A stretch of 64,000 nt of DNA from the human T2T-CHM13v2.0 reference genome, Homo sapiens (GCF_009914755.1 NC_060926.1); one strand, 5' to 3'. Positions 15,513 to 34,774 are shown, counted from the stretch's first letter. Notes: generated by a model from the letters alone, not told the origin. Program-made: numbers and translations.

Positions 15513-15547
15513 GTTGTCTGGTGTGATTGCCCTAACCCAGCTCAAGA
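15513..15547 (+). repeat. 35-bp direct repeat, copy 1
   Basis: gttgtctggtgtgattgccctaacccagctcaaga; 33/35 identical to 17757-17791. Confidence 0.95.
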
Positions 15548-15719
15548 AGAAAAGTAATATATAATACTAAATTTAGTAATACTGTCATTGCATATTACTA
15601 TGTAGTGCCCAGTGAAAGTCAGACTTAACAATCACTGTACAGGTAGTATGTTGACATTTGGCATTGTAGTGTCATTGCTGACTTGATTTCTTAATATGTC
15701 CTTCTACTCATAATTAATG

Positions 15720-15930
15720 TAATAACTCACATTTGTATAGTATTTTATGATTTATCTTGTTTTTCACAACCCTGTAATGAATTTTGCAAATATTTTTATA
15801 CTTGTTTTGCAGGTAAGGAAACTGAGGCTGCAAAGGTTAAGTGATTTGCCTGAGGTCATAGTAGATAGTCAATGGCAAAGCTGTGACTTAAACCTAGATA
15901 CTGTCATTCCAAACCCCAGGCCCTTCCTGC
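15720..15930 (-). mobile_element. MIR SINE
   Basis: tcacaaccctgt...aggaaactgaggctgcaaaggttaagtgatttgcctgaggtca. Confidence 0.8.
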
Positions 15931-16072
15931 ATTAATCCTCACTTGCCTTAAACCCATCTCAAAGTCAATAACCCTGACTTCACGAATATATTCTTTACTT
16001 GGTTTTATTGCTTTTATACCTTAATTTTATGAGGGTTTTTTTTGTTTGTGTGTGTATGTTTTTATTACTTAG

Positions 16073-16155
16073 AGGTGTCGTGGAATATGATGCAGAAGGC
16101 TTTACAAAACTCACTCTGCTGCTGATGTGGAAAGATTTTTGTTTTCTTGTACACA
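16073..16155 (+). CDS. BABAM2: BABAM2 internal coding exon, 83 nt (probably exon 10)
   Basis: Acceptor tttttattacttag|A, donor ACA|gtgagt. AC|A completes Thr, then [27 protein letters not shown] plus A; phase 1 out. Confidence 0.97.
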
Positions 16156-16317
16156 GTGAGTATACTTTTGCTGTCAGCATGTCAGCATACATTTTTAAAT
16201 GTCCTAAACCACATGTAATAATCAGTACTAGAACCTTTTCTGTCCTGTCTCGGTTCCTTTTACTGTAGCGTATATATATATTTATTGTGGGATATTAAGG
16301 AGAAAATATCTCTAGGC

Positions 16318-16547
16318 CGGTGGTTCTCAACCACTGGAGCAATTTTGCACCTCAGGGGACGTTTGGCAATGCCTGGAGACATTTTTGATTGTTATGACTG
16401 AGGGGGTGGGGATTTGCTACTGGCATCTAATGGGTAGAGGTCAGTGATGCAGCTAAACATCCTACAATGCACATGACAGCCCCTCACACACACACAAAAA
16501 AAATTATTGAATGCAAAATCTCAGTATTGCCAAGCTAGAGAAACCTT
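16318..16547 (+). mobile_element. MER20 (hAT-Charlie DNA transposon)
   Basis: gtggttctcaacc...ggcaatgcctggagacattttt...gctactggcatcta...taaacatcctacaatgcaca...gagaaacc. Confidence 0.9.
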
Positions 16548-17756
16548 ACCCTAAACAGATTCTGTTTCTAATTATCTTTCCAGTATCAGGCCTCAAGACT
16601 TTTGGTATTATTGGAAACATACCTGCTGTGATCATTTGGTTATCATCCTTATTCAATGAAAAGTCTACAACTTTGATAAAATGTAATACATAACTTAAAG
16701 ATGGGGTAATGTTTTAATGTATCCCCAACATCATTTCTTCATGTTCTTCTGCGTAGTAGGCATACCTAATGGTGGTTGTCACATATTAATCCATCAGTCT
16801 GTAAACATCGACCCAGCTTTCTCTTGATAGATAATTTAGAGTCTTTTTATTTCCTGATTATGTAAGAACCAGTGACCCATGGAGTCAGGTTCAAGTTGCA
16901 AGTCAACTGAGACCTTCATTCTGCAGTAATTTGGTACGTACAATGTTCAGTCTTCAGGCCAAGGCAAAGGAGCCAACTTTCCCAGCTTGAGTTAGAGAAA
17001 AGCAGTGGGTTTGAATTGACTTCACTCAAACCCATGGCTTTTAGAACTTACCCTATGCCTTAATAAACTACTGCAGGAGGAATAACTTTGGCTGTATTTA
17101 GCCAAGGCATCAGACAGTGTAAAGATACTGACTTTAAGGGATTTTTCTTCTGCAGCAGATTTACCTTCTTCGTTATGATTTGCTTTGGTTAAAATAGTTC
17201 TTAAGTTCATTTTTCTATCTGATTACACACCAATAGATAGTAAGGGCAGAAACCAAAAAAACATCCATAGTGGCAGAAAGAAGAAAACGTCTAAGTAAAA
17301 CCTTATCATGGTAAAATTCATATAGAGATGATCGAGCGCAGGCCACAGTTTTAAGGAGATGGGCCTCTCTGCCTTGAGGTGTTGCCCAACAATCACCACT
17401 TTTCAAGGTGTCAGGCACCTTGTCACCATCATAACCTACAGTGTGGGGCCAGGTAAGGAGGAAGCCCCACAATCAAGGCCTCCTGGCAATCTCCTCTTTG
17501 CTCAGTGTCTTCGATGGCCCTACTAATCTGAGCCTAACACTGGTACTGCAGCCACCACTTTTGATTCTGACCTTATATATCCTTGCTTTGGTTTGGCATT
17601 CTGTGGCTTAATTCCTTTGTGAAATCTCACTTCCTATTTGCTGTATTCACTTTACCTTACGACCTTGGTCCCAGTGATTCTTTCTGTAACCTGATGACCC
17701 AACGGCAGATCTTGATTGCTTCCTTAATTTATTCATATCTCTTGTGACTTGGGAAG

Positions 17757-17791
17757 GTTGTCTGGTGTGATTATCCTAACCCAGCTCAAGA
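17757..17791 (+). repeat. 35-bp direct repeat, copy 2
   Basis: gttgtctggtgtgattatcctaacccagctcaaga; 33/35 identical to 15513-15547. Confidence 0.95.
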
Positions 17792-19480
17792 GGGACCTGG
17801 GCCTTACCTCAAATGATGGTGGTGACGGCCTCGTGCCTCCTGAGTGGCTGTGGACAACTCCATCACAGCAGGACAATTGCAAACACTAAGATGAATGCTT
17901 CAACCAGTTCCTTCATCTCCAAGTGACATAATAGCCTGTCTTTTTTCCTGAATCTTTAGTCTCCTAGCCATGGTTCTACTTTCTGTTGATGTCAGATCAT
18001 ATCAGAATAAGGGGAAAAATATATTTCATGGCATTGCTCAATTATAACCTATGTTTTCCACATGCAACTCAAAGATGACTATTCTGGTGGTTGCTAGCAA
18101 GAAGAAATTGTCACTTGCAATGATGGTCAGAGATAAAAGAACATTCACCTCTCAGCTCCTGCCAACTCGTTTGTCAGTACATTCAGTAATGTAGCTATTG
18201 CTGTTGCTTTTGAAGGTTTATTCCCCACAGAATATTTTCTCCTTGGTACCATGTGTTCAGTATTTCTTACAGCTCCTTCTCTGCCTTTCTATCTTAGCTT
18301 TTCCAAATCAGACATGCAGAATTGAGTCCCAAAGTCATCTTTTCATTTCATTTTGAATTACCTTCTTCAGAAACATAGAACCCCCAGGTACTCATTAGAA
18401 CAGCTACCCGGGACCTTGGGAGTTGTTTAATTGACTTTTTCCAGTGTTTCCTGGAGCTCTTATTCCTGTACTCCCCCGGCTGTTTGGTCCCTGTCTCTTA
18501 GCATCACTGCCACACTGTTGGCTCTTCTGGCAGATAAGACCCTGCCTGTGAACCAAAGGACTTTGATGCTGTTTCCTGCTCCCTCACTAACTCACAGCCT
18601 GTCTTTAAATAAATTATTTTCACCCATTTCCTTTTTTCTTATCTAAAATATAGGACTTGCTACCTCGGAGTGAAGCTTGGTTAGATAATGTGTTTTACTT
18701 AGTCATGCAGTTAAGCATCTGACACTTACCTTCCTTTGGAAGCATCTGCTGGCTTGGTTACAATGCCCAAGGGACCACTTGTTCCTTTTTCTCCCTTCCA
18801 TGAAGATGGGGAGGGGAATATGAGGTGGCAGAGACTTAACAAAGAACATTGCAGTGAATTATTCTGAGATCTCAAGAGGTGAAAAGGAGGAAGGAAGTGC
18901 CTGGAAATAGAGCCATTCCCCTGTGGCTGCCTCTACTACTTCATGGAGGTTGAAGACCTAGCAGGACATGAAATAGCATCTCTGTTCTCCCCTTCCTCCC
19001 TATTCTCCTCGGGCCCAGGATAATTGCTATTGATAGGATAGCTCCTGGCAATAATTATGTGCATTTTGGATGCTAGAGGAAAGAGGCACTCTTCTTGAGA
19101 CAGACAGCTCTGACCTCAGACTTTGCCAGACTTTGAAAAAGCAGATTGCCTTAAGGAAAAGCATTGCACAGATTCTGGGATCTCTCAGGAGGTACTGCAA
19201 CATCCTGGCATTCTGGCAGTTCCAGGAGTGGGGACTGTGGCCATGATTGTGGCCATGGAGCATTTCCATCCACTTATTCCTTCCTTACATCATTCATTTT
19301 CAGCATGTCTCAAATCTTGGAACTGTAGCAGGATCAGAAACTTGCTCCCATCCAGAAACTATTTTTAGGAAACTTTCCTGGCCATCATCTAAGAATTATT
19401 CATAGCAGTTGTATAGGCAATTCCATATTTGCCAAATTATGCTTACCTCTGGAGGTAGATGTTACCTTTAAGCTAGTAGC

Positions 19481-19812
<332 letters not shown>

Positions 19813-20294
19813 CACTAGTAGCTTTTCAGAATGCAGCGTGGCAAGAGAACCAGATAGCAAGGCGAAGTAACAGAACAAAAAAAATCCTCTGGGGAAAAGC
19901 TACATGCTTTTTTTGTGGGTCCCAGTCAACTGCACTGTAAGTAGACACACAAGGAGGCAGCTGTCTACAGGAGCAGAGTTGCTGCTTAGAAGGGGAGACA
20001 ATTGAGTATTGAGATTTGTGACTGTATGACAAGCTGTCTTTTTCCATTACCTATAAATCTTTGGTAAATGACCCTTTGAGTCATTCAGCCTGGACTGTAG
20101 GCCTTTTCTCCCTGGTAAAATTCCTGTTAGACCAAATCTGACCACTTTTTTCTCTTGTTTTCCTCTACCTCCAACTTAACTGAGTTCTGAGTTTACTAAG
20201 AACCTACTGCATGCTCAGTACTATGCGAGGTATTAGGGGATATAAGTATATAACTCAGAGTCGACCTTAAGATACTTACAGTAACATAGCACAG

Positions 20295-20825
20295 AAATTA
20301 GAAAACTACAGCCTGTGGGCCAAATCCCGTGTCAGCCTGTTTTTATAGGGCCCTTGAGCTAAGTATAGCTTTTTGTTTGTTTGTTTGCTTGTTTTTTTTT
20401 TTTTTTTTGGAAACAGCGTCTCACTCTGTTGCCCAGGCTGGAATGCGGTAGTGTGATCTTGGCTCACTGCAGCCTCCGCCACCTTGAGTTCAAGCGTTTC
20501 TTCTGCCTCAGCCTCCCGAGTAGCTGGGACTACAGGCATGTGCCACCATGCCCGGCTAATTTTTGTATTTTTAGTAGAGACCGGGTTTCACCACGTTACC
20601 CAGGCTGATCTTGAACTCCTGGCCTCAAGCAATCTACCCGCCTAGGCCTCCCAAAGTGCTGGGATTATAGGTGTGAGCCACTGCACCCTGCCCTAAGGGT
20701 AGCTTTTATATTTTAAAAGGATTCTTAGAAAACAGAAAGAAGCAGAAGAATATGCAGCAGAGACAGTATATGGTTTGCAAGACCTAAAATATTTGACCCT
20801 TCACAGAAGTTTGCCAACTTCTTGT
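20295..20825 (+). mobile_element. MER58-family DNA transposon (hAT-Charlie) split by an Alu
   Basis: aaactacagcctgtgggccaaatcc...gagctaag [Alu] ...cctaaaatattt...gaagtttgccaac. Confidence 0.75.
20370..20692 (-). mobile_element. Alu, antisense (nested in MER58)
   Basis: Full dimer; TSD-like tagctttt. Confidence 0.93.
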
Positions 20826-20882
20826 CTAGTTGATGAGAAAAAAGATTAGGTCAAGGTGAAGTACAATGGTATGCATTTTTAA

Positions 20883-21248
<366 letters not shown>

Positions 21249-21249
21249 T

Positions 21250-21610
21250 AATGAAGTCTAATGAGAAAAACAGACAATAAAGACATAAACTTAACAAATA
21301 TATACATTCAAAAGGTGACAAATAGCGTGATGGAACAAAGTAAAAGGCTATGAATAGAGAATAAGAAGGAGATGCTGTGAGGAAGATGAGGAAGATGCTG
21401 TGAGGAGATGCTGTGAGGTCTTCCCTATGCTTCTATAGGGAAGACCTCCTATAGAGGGTGACATTTCCGCTGAGACCTTAGCAGTGATTCAGACAGCCAA
21501 GGAAGGCAATTCCAGGGAAGGCAGTCCCTGTGCAAAAGCCCTGAGCCCTGAGGCAGCAAAGAGCTCTGCTGAAGCAGGCGTGGCTGGAGCACAGTGAGTA
21601 AGGGGAAGGG
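21250..21610 (-). mobile_element. L2 LINE fragment
   Basis: gggaagacctc...gggtgacattt...gctgagacct...tgtgcaaaagccctgag...gtggctggagcacagtgag. Confidence 0.65.
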
Positions 21611-21881
21611 CATTTGTTGAACTTTTTTTTTTTTTTTTTTTTTTAGCTATCTAATATTGAATTACTTTCTTAGCGGTTTATTCTAGAGATTACAATATGC
21701 ATCTTTAACATAATTGCCTTAAGATTAATAATACCTTCATTCTGGTAAAATATAGCAACATTGCTCCTTGTCCTCCCGCTTATTTGTTCTATTAATTGTC
21801 ATATATATTACATGTATATATGTTATAATATAAACACAACAATATAGCTTTTTCTGTCATTACTATAAACAATCATATATA

Positions 21882-22205
<324 letters not shown>

Positions 22206-23215
22206 ACAGTCTTATGTTTTTAAAAGAGAAAAAAAGTTATCTTTGGATTTTGCCCTGCACATTATTTCCAGTGTATCTTTGCAAGACTTTGATTGCTGTG
22301 TTCCTCCATTTCAGAGCTGTAGGATTGGGGCTGGGGTGGCAGTGTTTATTCAGTCTAATGAATGATAAGGTTCTTACTCTGATGTTTTTCTTTATTTTAA
22401 ATGACTAATGTTCACACAGATGTCTTAGTATTATTCTTTCTGTATTTGTCTTTAACTATCTGTTTGTTCATTTGTTCATTCATTGGTTTTCAGTTGACAT
22501 TAAGTAAAAGGAAAGCAATTATTTTGTTTTTCAGAGAACACAGTTTCTGGTAAGACTTTTTTTTTTTAAGCCAGAGGAAATCAACAACTTCAGACTAATT
22601 CTGGTAGTCATTTAAATAATTCTTTCCTTATAGGCCTGTAATCAAGGCCAATAAATTAGAAATCAGGACAGCTTTTGAAATTTTAAGTAAAAATCAGAAG
22701 CTTCTGTTTATTGCTACAAATGCTTCTGCCGAGCTCTGATTTTGTCAGGCTCTCCAATTCCTAGTATAACCAAGGAAATTATTTGCATTGATGTCGCACT
22801 GTCACCTCACCACTAAAACACAAAGCTGTCGTAGTAGCAGCCACTCAGTTCCTGAGCTAAGCAAGGTAGACTTTCATCTGCCCGCTATAGAAACAGTGTT
22901 TCGTCGTAGAATATTTAGCACTCAACAAACAAGATGGCTACTACATAAATCGGTAAAACCAAAACTGTGATGTTGCTCAAAACCTGCTTACTTTTTTGGA
23001 TACAGATCACATCTTTATATAAAGGAATATATTTGAAAAGCAAATCGGAATCAGTAAAATAATTAAAATTAAGAACCACAATGCTATGTGTTAGAATTTG
23101 TTTCAAGCCAAATCTATAGAAAGTGTAATATTATTTTAGAATTACCATGTTTACCTCATATCAGACATAAAGATTCTTAGTTTAATTTTATCATTTCTAG
23201 TATTAATAACTATCA

Positions 23216-23515
<300 letters not shown>

Positions 23516-24428
23516 CTATCAAAGCAACAGGAATGAAAATTAATTATCAACAAAATATCAAACCAGTCAGTTCTCTAATATTGTTCCGAATGATAAAAGA
23601 ATATGGAAAAAGATAAAAGAAAATTTACTAAATGCCTTTTTGCTTTAATTATGGGAACTACTGAGTCCTTTAGATACTTTTACATTTTGGTTAATTTTTA
23701 TACTGAGACTTCCTTGAAAGTGGTTAGCTCTACTAGGCAAAGTGGTTTTCATCTTTTGATTATACACACAAGCACACCCTTCGCCCGGTTTACAGTTCAG
23801 AGAGCTCCAGTCCTTCAGCAACCACTGTCACTATTTTGACTCAAATTGAAACTTCTGTTTCATCTTTAGAGTTTACTTCCAGAAAGCCTGTTTTGTAATT
23901 TCTGACACTAGTTTGAGAACTTACTGGATTAATCTTCACTGGGAATATTGTCTTCATTATAATACCTTAGAATTACATGACCCCTTTTTAGTGACCTTAA
24001 AGGATTTCTTTTAAGGAAGAAGGTTGTAAATCACTTGCACAATCATGCAATGAATTTTTCCCCTGTACCCTCTTATATATGTTGTATGAATCTTTTCAGT
24101 TGTAATTATTGGATTAAGTAATTGCCAAAGCAAGTGTTTCTGATCAAAGAAAGGTCTTGAAAAATTAGCAATTTTGACTTCTCAGTGATTTTTGACATGC
24201 TGTCAAATTAACAACTGTAACTCAAGAAGTCATCTTACCCAGTGAAAGAAAGGAAGCTGTTTACAGAGTAACTCTTATGTTATTGATGTAGTTCAGTATA
24301 ACCTTTTCTTAGAATTAATATTAAAGTACTGTTGACATTGGTGAAGCATGGGCATTATTATGTTTTGGTGCAGAGCTTCTGCTGTTGTTGAAAATAATAG
24401 CAATAACAGTTCACAGGTATGGAGTGAA

Positions 24429-24723
24429 GGCTGAGTGCGGTGGCTCATGCCCGTAATCCTAGCACTTTGGGTGGCCAAAGCGGATGGATCACCTGAGGTC
24501 AGGAGTTCAAGACTTGGCCAACATGGTGAAACCCTGCCTCTACTAAAAAAAAAAGAAAATTAGCCAGGTGTGGTGGCATGCGCCTGTAATCCCAGCTACT
24601 CAGGAGGTTGAGGCATGAGAATTGCTTGAACCCAGGAAGTGGAGGTTGCAGTGAGCCAAGATGGCACCACTGTACTCAGGCCTGTGTGACAGAGCAAGAC
24701 TTTGTCTCAAAAAAAAAAAAAAA
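24429..24723 (+). mobile_element. Alu (AluS), sense, inserted into an antisense MIR (~24395-24930)
   Basis: TSD gtatggagtg; flanks carry MIR motifs such as cccattttacaaataacaaaactgg. Confidence 0.93.
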
Positions 24724-25417
24724 GTATGGAGTGTATACCATGCTCTAGACACTGTTCTCAGTACTTTGCATATGTTATGTTATTTAATCTGCAGAACATC
24801 TTTCTGAGGTTAATTACCAGAATAACCCATTTTACAAATAACAAAACTGGCACAGCAAGATTAAATGACAGAGCTAGTGTTTAAATCCAGGAATAGACTC
24901 TAGATCCCATGTGCTAAACTACATTACTCTACTGTTTCAGATAATTGTTTGACAGTATCCCCAGGTATGTGTGATAAATTTCAAAAGCCTTTAGAGCTTC
25001 ACGGAAACCCTGTAAGCCCCAAGAACAAGAGCAGAGGGTCAGTGTCTGCAGCCATGCACAGGTCAGAGAGATATGGAGACTATCTCATCTCTCAGGAATG
25101 GAGTGGATGTCTCAGCAGAGACATTACTGTTCTGAAGACAACGGGGCATTAAGCTGGAGTTGTTCCTCAGTGGAGGTGACAGGTTGTTCACTTATAATCC
25201 CCTGTCCTGTGGCACAAACTACTGGCTCAAGGTAGGGATTCATTTTTGGCCATTGAAAGAACAAAACTAAGCAGCTTATTAAGGAATGAAAGAGCTACTG
25301 ATTACCAAAAACGTGATTTAACCTGTTTAGACATAGTGAATGTGGTCAGTTATAATGGTTTGTCATACAAAGTTCATGTTAACCTACAAGGTCAAATGCC
25401 TCCTGAGAAAGAGGTGA

Positions 25418-27272
<1,855 letters not shown>

Positions 27273-27279
27273 TAGCTCA

Positions 27280-27860
27280 GAAGTTTTTAACAGGTGTTTT
27301 TTTTTGTGCCAAAGATTCCTTTGGTGAATTCCGTGGATCCATTCTGTAGAACAGTGTATTTTGCGTAAAATAAAATATACTGTGCTAAAAAGGAAACTGA
27401 TTATGTGGAACCTGTTATCAAATCTTTAAAAAGTTATGATATAGAGATGTATCTATAATCAGATATATCATTTCTTTAGCAGATACATAGCTTCTTTGTT
27501 AACACATTAAATAGTAATATCCAGTAGCATATCTAATAACCACCATAATTTTGAAATAGTGATAAATGTAAATAATATTTTGAGATATGGGCAACACTTA
27601 CAATTTGATATAAAAATACCTGTGATTTCTATTAGTACCAAAGTTATTACTGCTAAAGCCACTGCAGATTGTTGCCTATATTCATAATAGAAGGAAATGC
27701 TAAATTTCAGTTAAAGGTTGTAAAAACAAAGATACACATTTATGTAAAGAAAATGCGTAAAGATACACATTTTCCCATCCAAATTCCCAGATGCCCTGAA
27801 TCCAAGGACGCTTTCAGGGGCAATGAGGAGAGATGCATGGACCTCAGATTGAGAATCTCT
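27280..27860 (+). mobile_element. MER119-like hAT-Charlie DNA transposon
   Basis: tttttgtgcc...cctttgg...taaaataaaata...aaggaaac...gaaggaaatgctaaatttcagtta...catggacctcagattgagaa. Confidence 0.7.
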
Positions 27861-27958
27861 GAAAACTCTTATCATTTACTGAGGTATTGGCTGAGTACCT
27901 GGCCCAAGGTCATGCATGATATTAGTGGAAGAATAGGACTAGAAACGAAATTCCTTAA

Positions 27959-28375
<417 letters not shown>

Positions 28376-28908
28376 TAGCATAAGGAAAATAACAGAAAAT
28401 AATGCCCTGATTTGAGGTATAATGACTTTTCCATTTGCATATTGTATACTCAGCAACTGCACAGATTCAGCTTTCATGAGTTCATAGAGTACATTTTCCC
28501 ATCTTTTTTGAGGTATAATTTACATATAGTAAAATTCACCATTTTAAGTGAACACTTAAATTTTGGCAACCACATACAGGCATAGATCTAGCCCCACCAT
28601 CAAGACAAACAACATTTTCTATTATGTTAAAAAGTGTCCTTGTAAGCCTTTGCAGTTGGTCTCCTCCCCTGACTTCCAGCCCCAGGTAGCCACCGACCAC
28701 TTTCTGTTTCTCTAGTTGATTCTGTTTTGTTTTCGATTTCTTTTACTTAGCATAACGTTTTTGAGATCCATCCATGGTGTTGTGTGTGTCAATGTTTTGT
28801 TCTTATTTATTGCTGAGTAGTATTTCATTTTTTCATTCCATTGTTTATGCATTTACCAGATGCTGAACATTTATTTGTTTCCAAGTTTTAGTTATTAAGA
28901 ATAATGCT

Positions 28909-29579
<671 letters not shown>

Positions 29580-29905
29580 TTAATTCTCTTGGGTAAAAAC
29601 GTAGAAGTGGAAATGCTGGGTCCTATGGTGCACGTATTTTAACTCAGTAATGTACTGCCATACTATTTTCCAAATGACTGTCACTTTTTACATTTTCACT
29701 GACAGTGTGTGAGAGTTTAATTTTTCCCCATTCTTTCCAACTCTTGATATTGTCATTCTTTTTAAGTTTAGCCATTATAGGATATATAATAGTACCTTAT
29801 TGTGGCTTCAATTTGCAATTCCCTAATGACTAGTGATGTTAAACATCTTTTCCTATGCTTATCTGCCATTCGGGTAAGTTAATTTGTGAAGCATCTGCTT
29901 AAGTC

Positions 29906-30752
<847 letters not shown>

Positions 30753-31221
30753 AGTTTTTCTTGTTTTTAATTGGGCTGTTATGTTCTTACTTTTGAGTTG
30801 AGTTTTTTATACATTGGGATACAAACCCTTTGTCAGTTCCGTGTTCTGCAAATATTGGTTGAGAATATTTAATTGTGTCTTTCATAGAGCAAAAAATTTT
30901 AATTCTGATGAAGTCAATTTTATCATTTTTAAATTTTATGAGCCATGCTTTTTATGTCCTGCTTAAAAAATTCTTGCCTAACCGAGTTCACAAATAATTT
31001 TAAAAATGTTTTCTTTTAGAAAGTTTCTAGTTTTAGCTCTAAAATGTAGGTCTGTGTTCCACTTCAAGTTAATTTTGTGTATGGTATAAGGTAAGGGACA
31101 TGGTTTTTTTTTTCTGTACTAATATCCAGTTTGTTGAAAAGTCTAGTCTTTCCCCATTAAATTACCTTAGCACCTTTCTCAAAAGTCAGTTGACCATATA
31201 AGTGTAAATCTACTTCTGAAT

Positions 31222-32954
<1,733 letters not shown>

Positions 32955-33032
32955 AATTACTTAGAATTTTTATGTATATGATCATGTCATCTGCAGATGA
33001 CAGTTTTACTTTTTCCTTTCCAGTGTGAGTTT

Positions 33033-33121
33033 TGTCCTTCCTTCCTTCTTCCCTTCCTTTCTCTCCCCTCCCCTCTCCTCCTTTCCCCTCCCCTCCCCTC
33101 CCCTTCCCTTCCCTCCCTTCC
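33033..33121 (+). repeat. CT-rich low-complexity polypyrimidine tract
   Basis: About 85 bp of C/T only, in (CCTT)n and (CCCCT)n units. Confidence 0.9.
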
Positions 33122-33149
33122 AGTGGCCTCCAGACCTGACCTATGCAAT

Positions 33150-34030
33150 ACTTTATTCATTTATATATTGATTTATCCCTTCGGTCATCATGTATTTGAG
33201 GACCTGCTTTGGTTCCGGTACTGTCAAGACTCAGGGATACCAGAATGAATGATACCTTGTCTGAAATAGCTCACAATCTAGTGGGGAAAATGAACATATG
33301 AAAATAACAAAGAAATATTACTTAAAGTGCATTTCTAGGCATACACCAGATGTTACGAGAATACAGTGAAGCGTCACCCAACACAGTAAGGGAGGAGGGC
33401 CATAAGATCATTCCAAGCTGAGAGCCTGGTGTAAACAAAGGCACAGAGGGAAGAAATCTTAGAGTGGAGGTGAGGAACTGAAAGTGGTTTCCAGTCTCCT
33501 AAATGTTTAGAGGATCCCAAGAAGTAGTAAGAGATTAAGCTAAAGAGGCAGTCAGAGGGCAGAACACAGATATAACGTTGCCTAGGAGGCTGACAAATGT
33601 GACTTTATCCTAAGGATAGCAAGGAGTTATTGAAGAGTGCTCAGTAGAAAAGTGGCATATATTTGCTTTTATAAGAATACACTTTTCAGGTATTATGTAA
33701 AAGATGATTTGGGATGGAGACCAGGGACCTAAAAAGACAGTCCAGGCAAAAGATTAGACCTGAACTAGAGGAGTCATAGTAGGGATAGAGGGGAAGAAAA
33801 ATGTTTAAGAAACATATTGGAAGTAGAACTGGAAAAACTGTGATTGATCCCAAGTAGAAGATGAGGGACAGAGAAGAAATAGGATGATTCCCAAGTTTCT
33901 TTTTTAGGCATCTAGGTAGCTGATGATGCCATCATCTTAGGCAAGGTTTACTTTAGGAGGAACAGAGTTGGAGATGTTGAGCTCCGTTAGGGATATAATG
34001 AGTTTTAGGAGCCTGTGGACATCCAGTTAA
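33150..34030 (-). mobile_element. L2 LINE fragment
   Basis: ttcatttat...tatttgaggacctgc...ctcacaatctagtgggga...gactttatcctaagg...gatgattcccaagtttct...gcctgtggacatcca. Confidence 0.75.
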
Positions 34031-34499
34031 AGAATAAATGAGAGAACATTCACATAGAACAAAGGTGTGGTGGAGGCTCTCACCAGCTTAACCTAGAGTC
34101 CATTCCAACCTGCAAACTGCTGGTTGTCCCCAGTCCAGATGATGCTGAACTCTTTGGCCTGGCTGAACTCTTTTGTCCAGTCACATGTCACACTGGACAG
34201 GAAGTGGCTTGGAACTCGAAACCTTGTTGATACACTTTTCCTCCCAAAGAGGTGATCCAAATTCCTGAGATGGCCCGACCTAGGATGTACTGAAAGAGGC
34301 TTTGGGCAGTAACTTCTAAACTGAGAATGACTTGTGGCTAAACTTGAACCCTTGCCTTCCAGTAGATGAAAGGTGAAGCAATTTATCTCTCGAAAGAAAA
34401 AATATGGTATGATTCCACTTATTTGAGGTAACAGCAAGACACTGTCTCAAAAAAAAAAAAAAAAGAAGAAAAGAAAGGAAGGAGAGGAGGAGAGGGGAG

Positions 34500-34765
34500 G
34501 GGATTATTATTATTAATAATAATACCATTGTTATGCATAAATAATATAATTTATTGAGTATTCACTATATGCAAAGTACTGTGCTAAATACTTTACAATA
34601 ATTCCATATAATTCTCTCAACAGCCCTGTGAGGTTGGGCTACTTATTATCCCCATTTTACAAAAAGCACCTCCAGATAGTGTAACTTGCCAGAAGTCCCA
34701 TAGCTAGTAGCTGAAGGACAGAGCATTTGAACCAAGACCATCTGATTCCAGATCTCTTGTTCCTA
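34500..34765 (-). mobile_element. MIR SINE
   Basis: tttattgagtattcactatatgcaaagtactgtgctaaatacttta...attatccccattttaca. Confidence 0.8.
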
Positions 34766-34774
34766 GCAGTTTAC

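Noticed and set aside
33033-33121. Potential H-DNA or G-quadruplex in the CT-rich tract
   Set aside because: A common low-complexity tract with nothing to suggest function.
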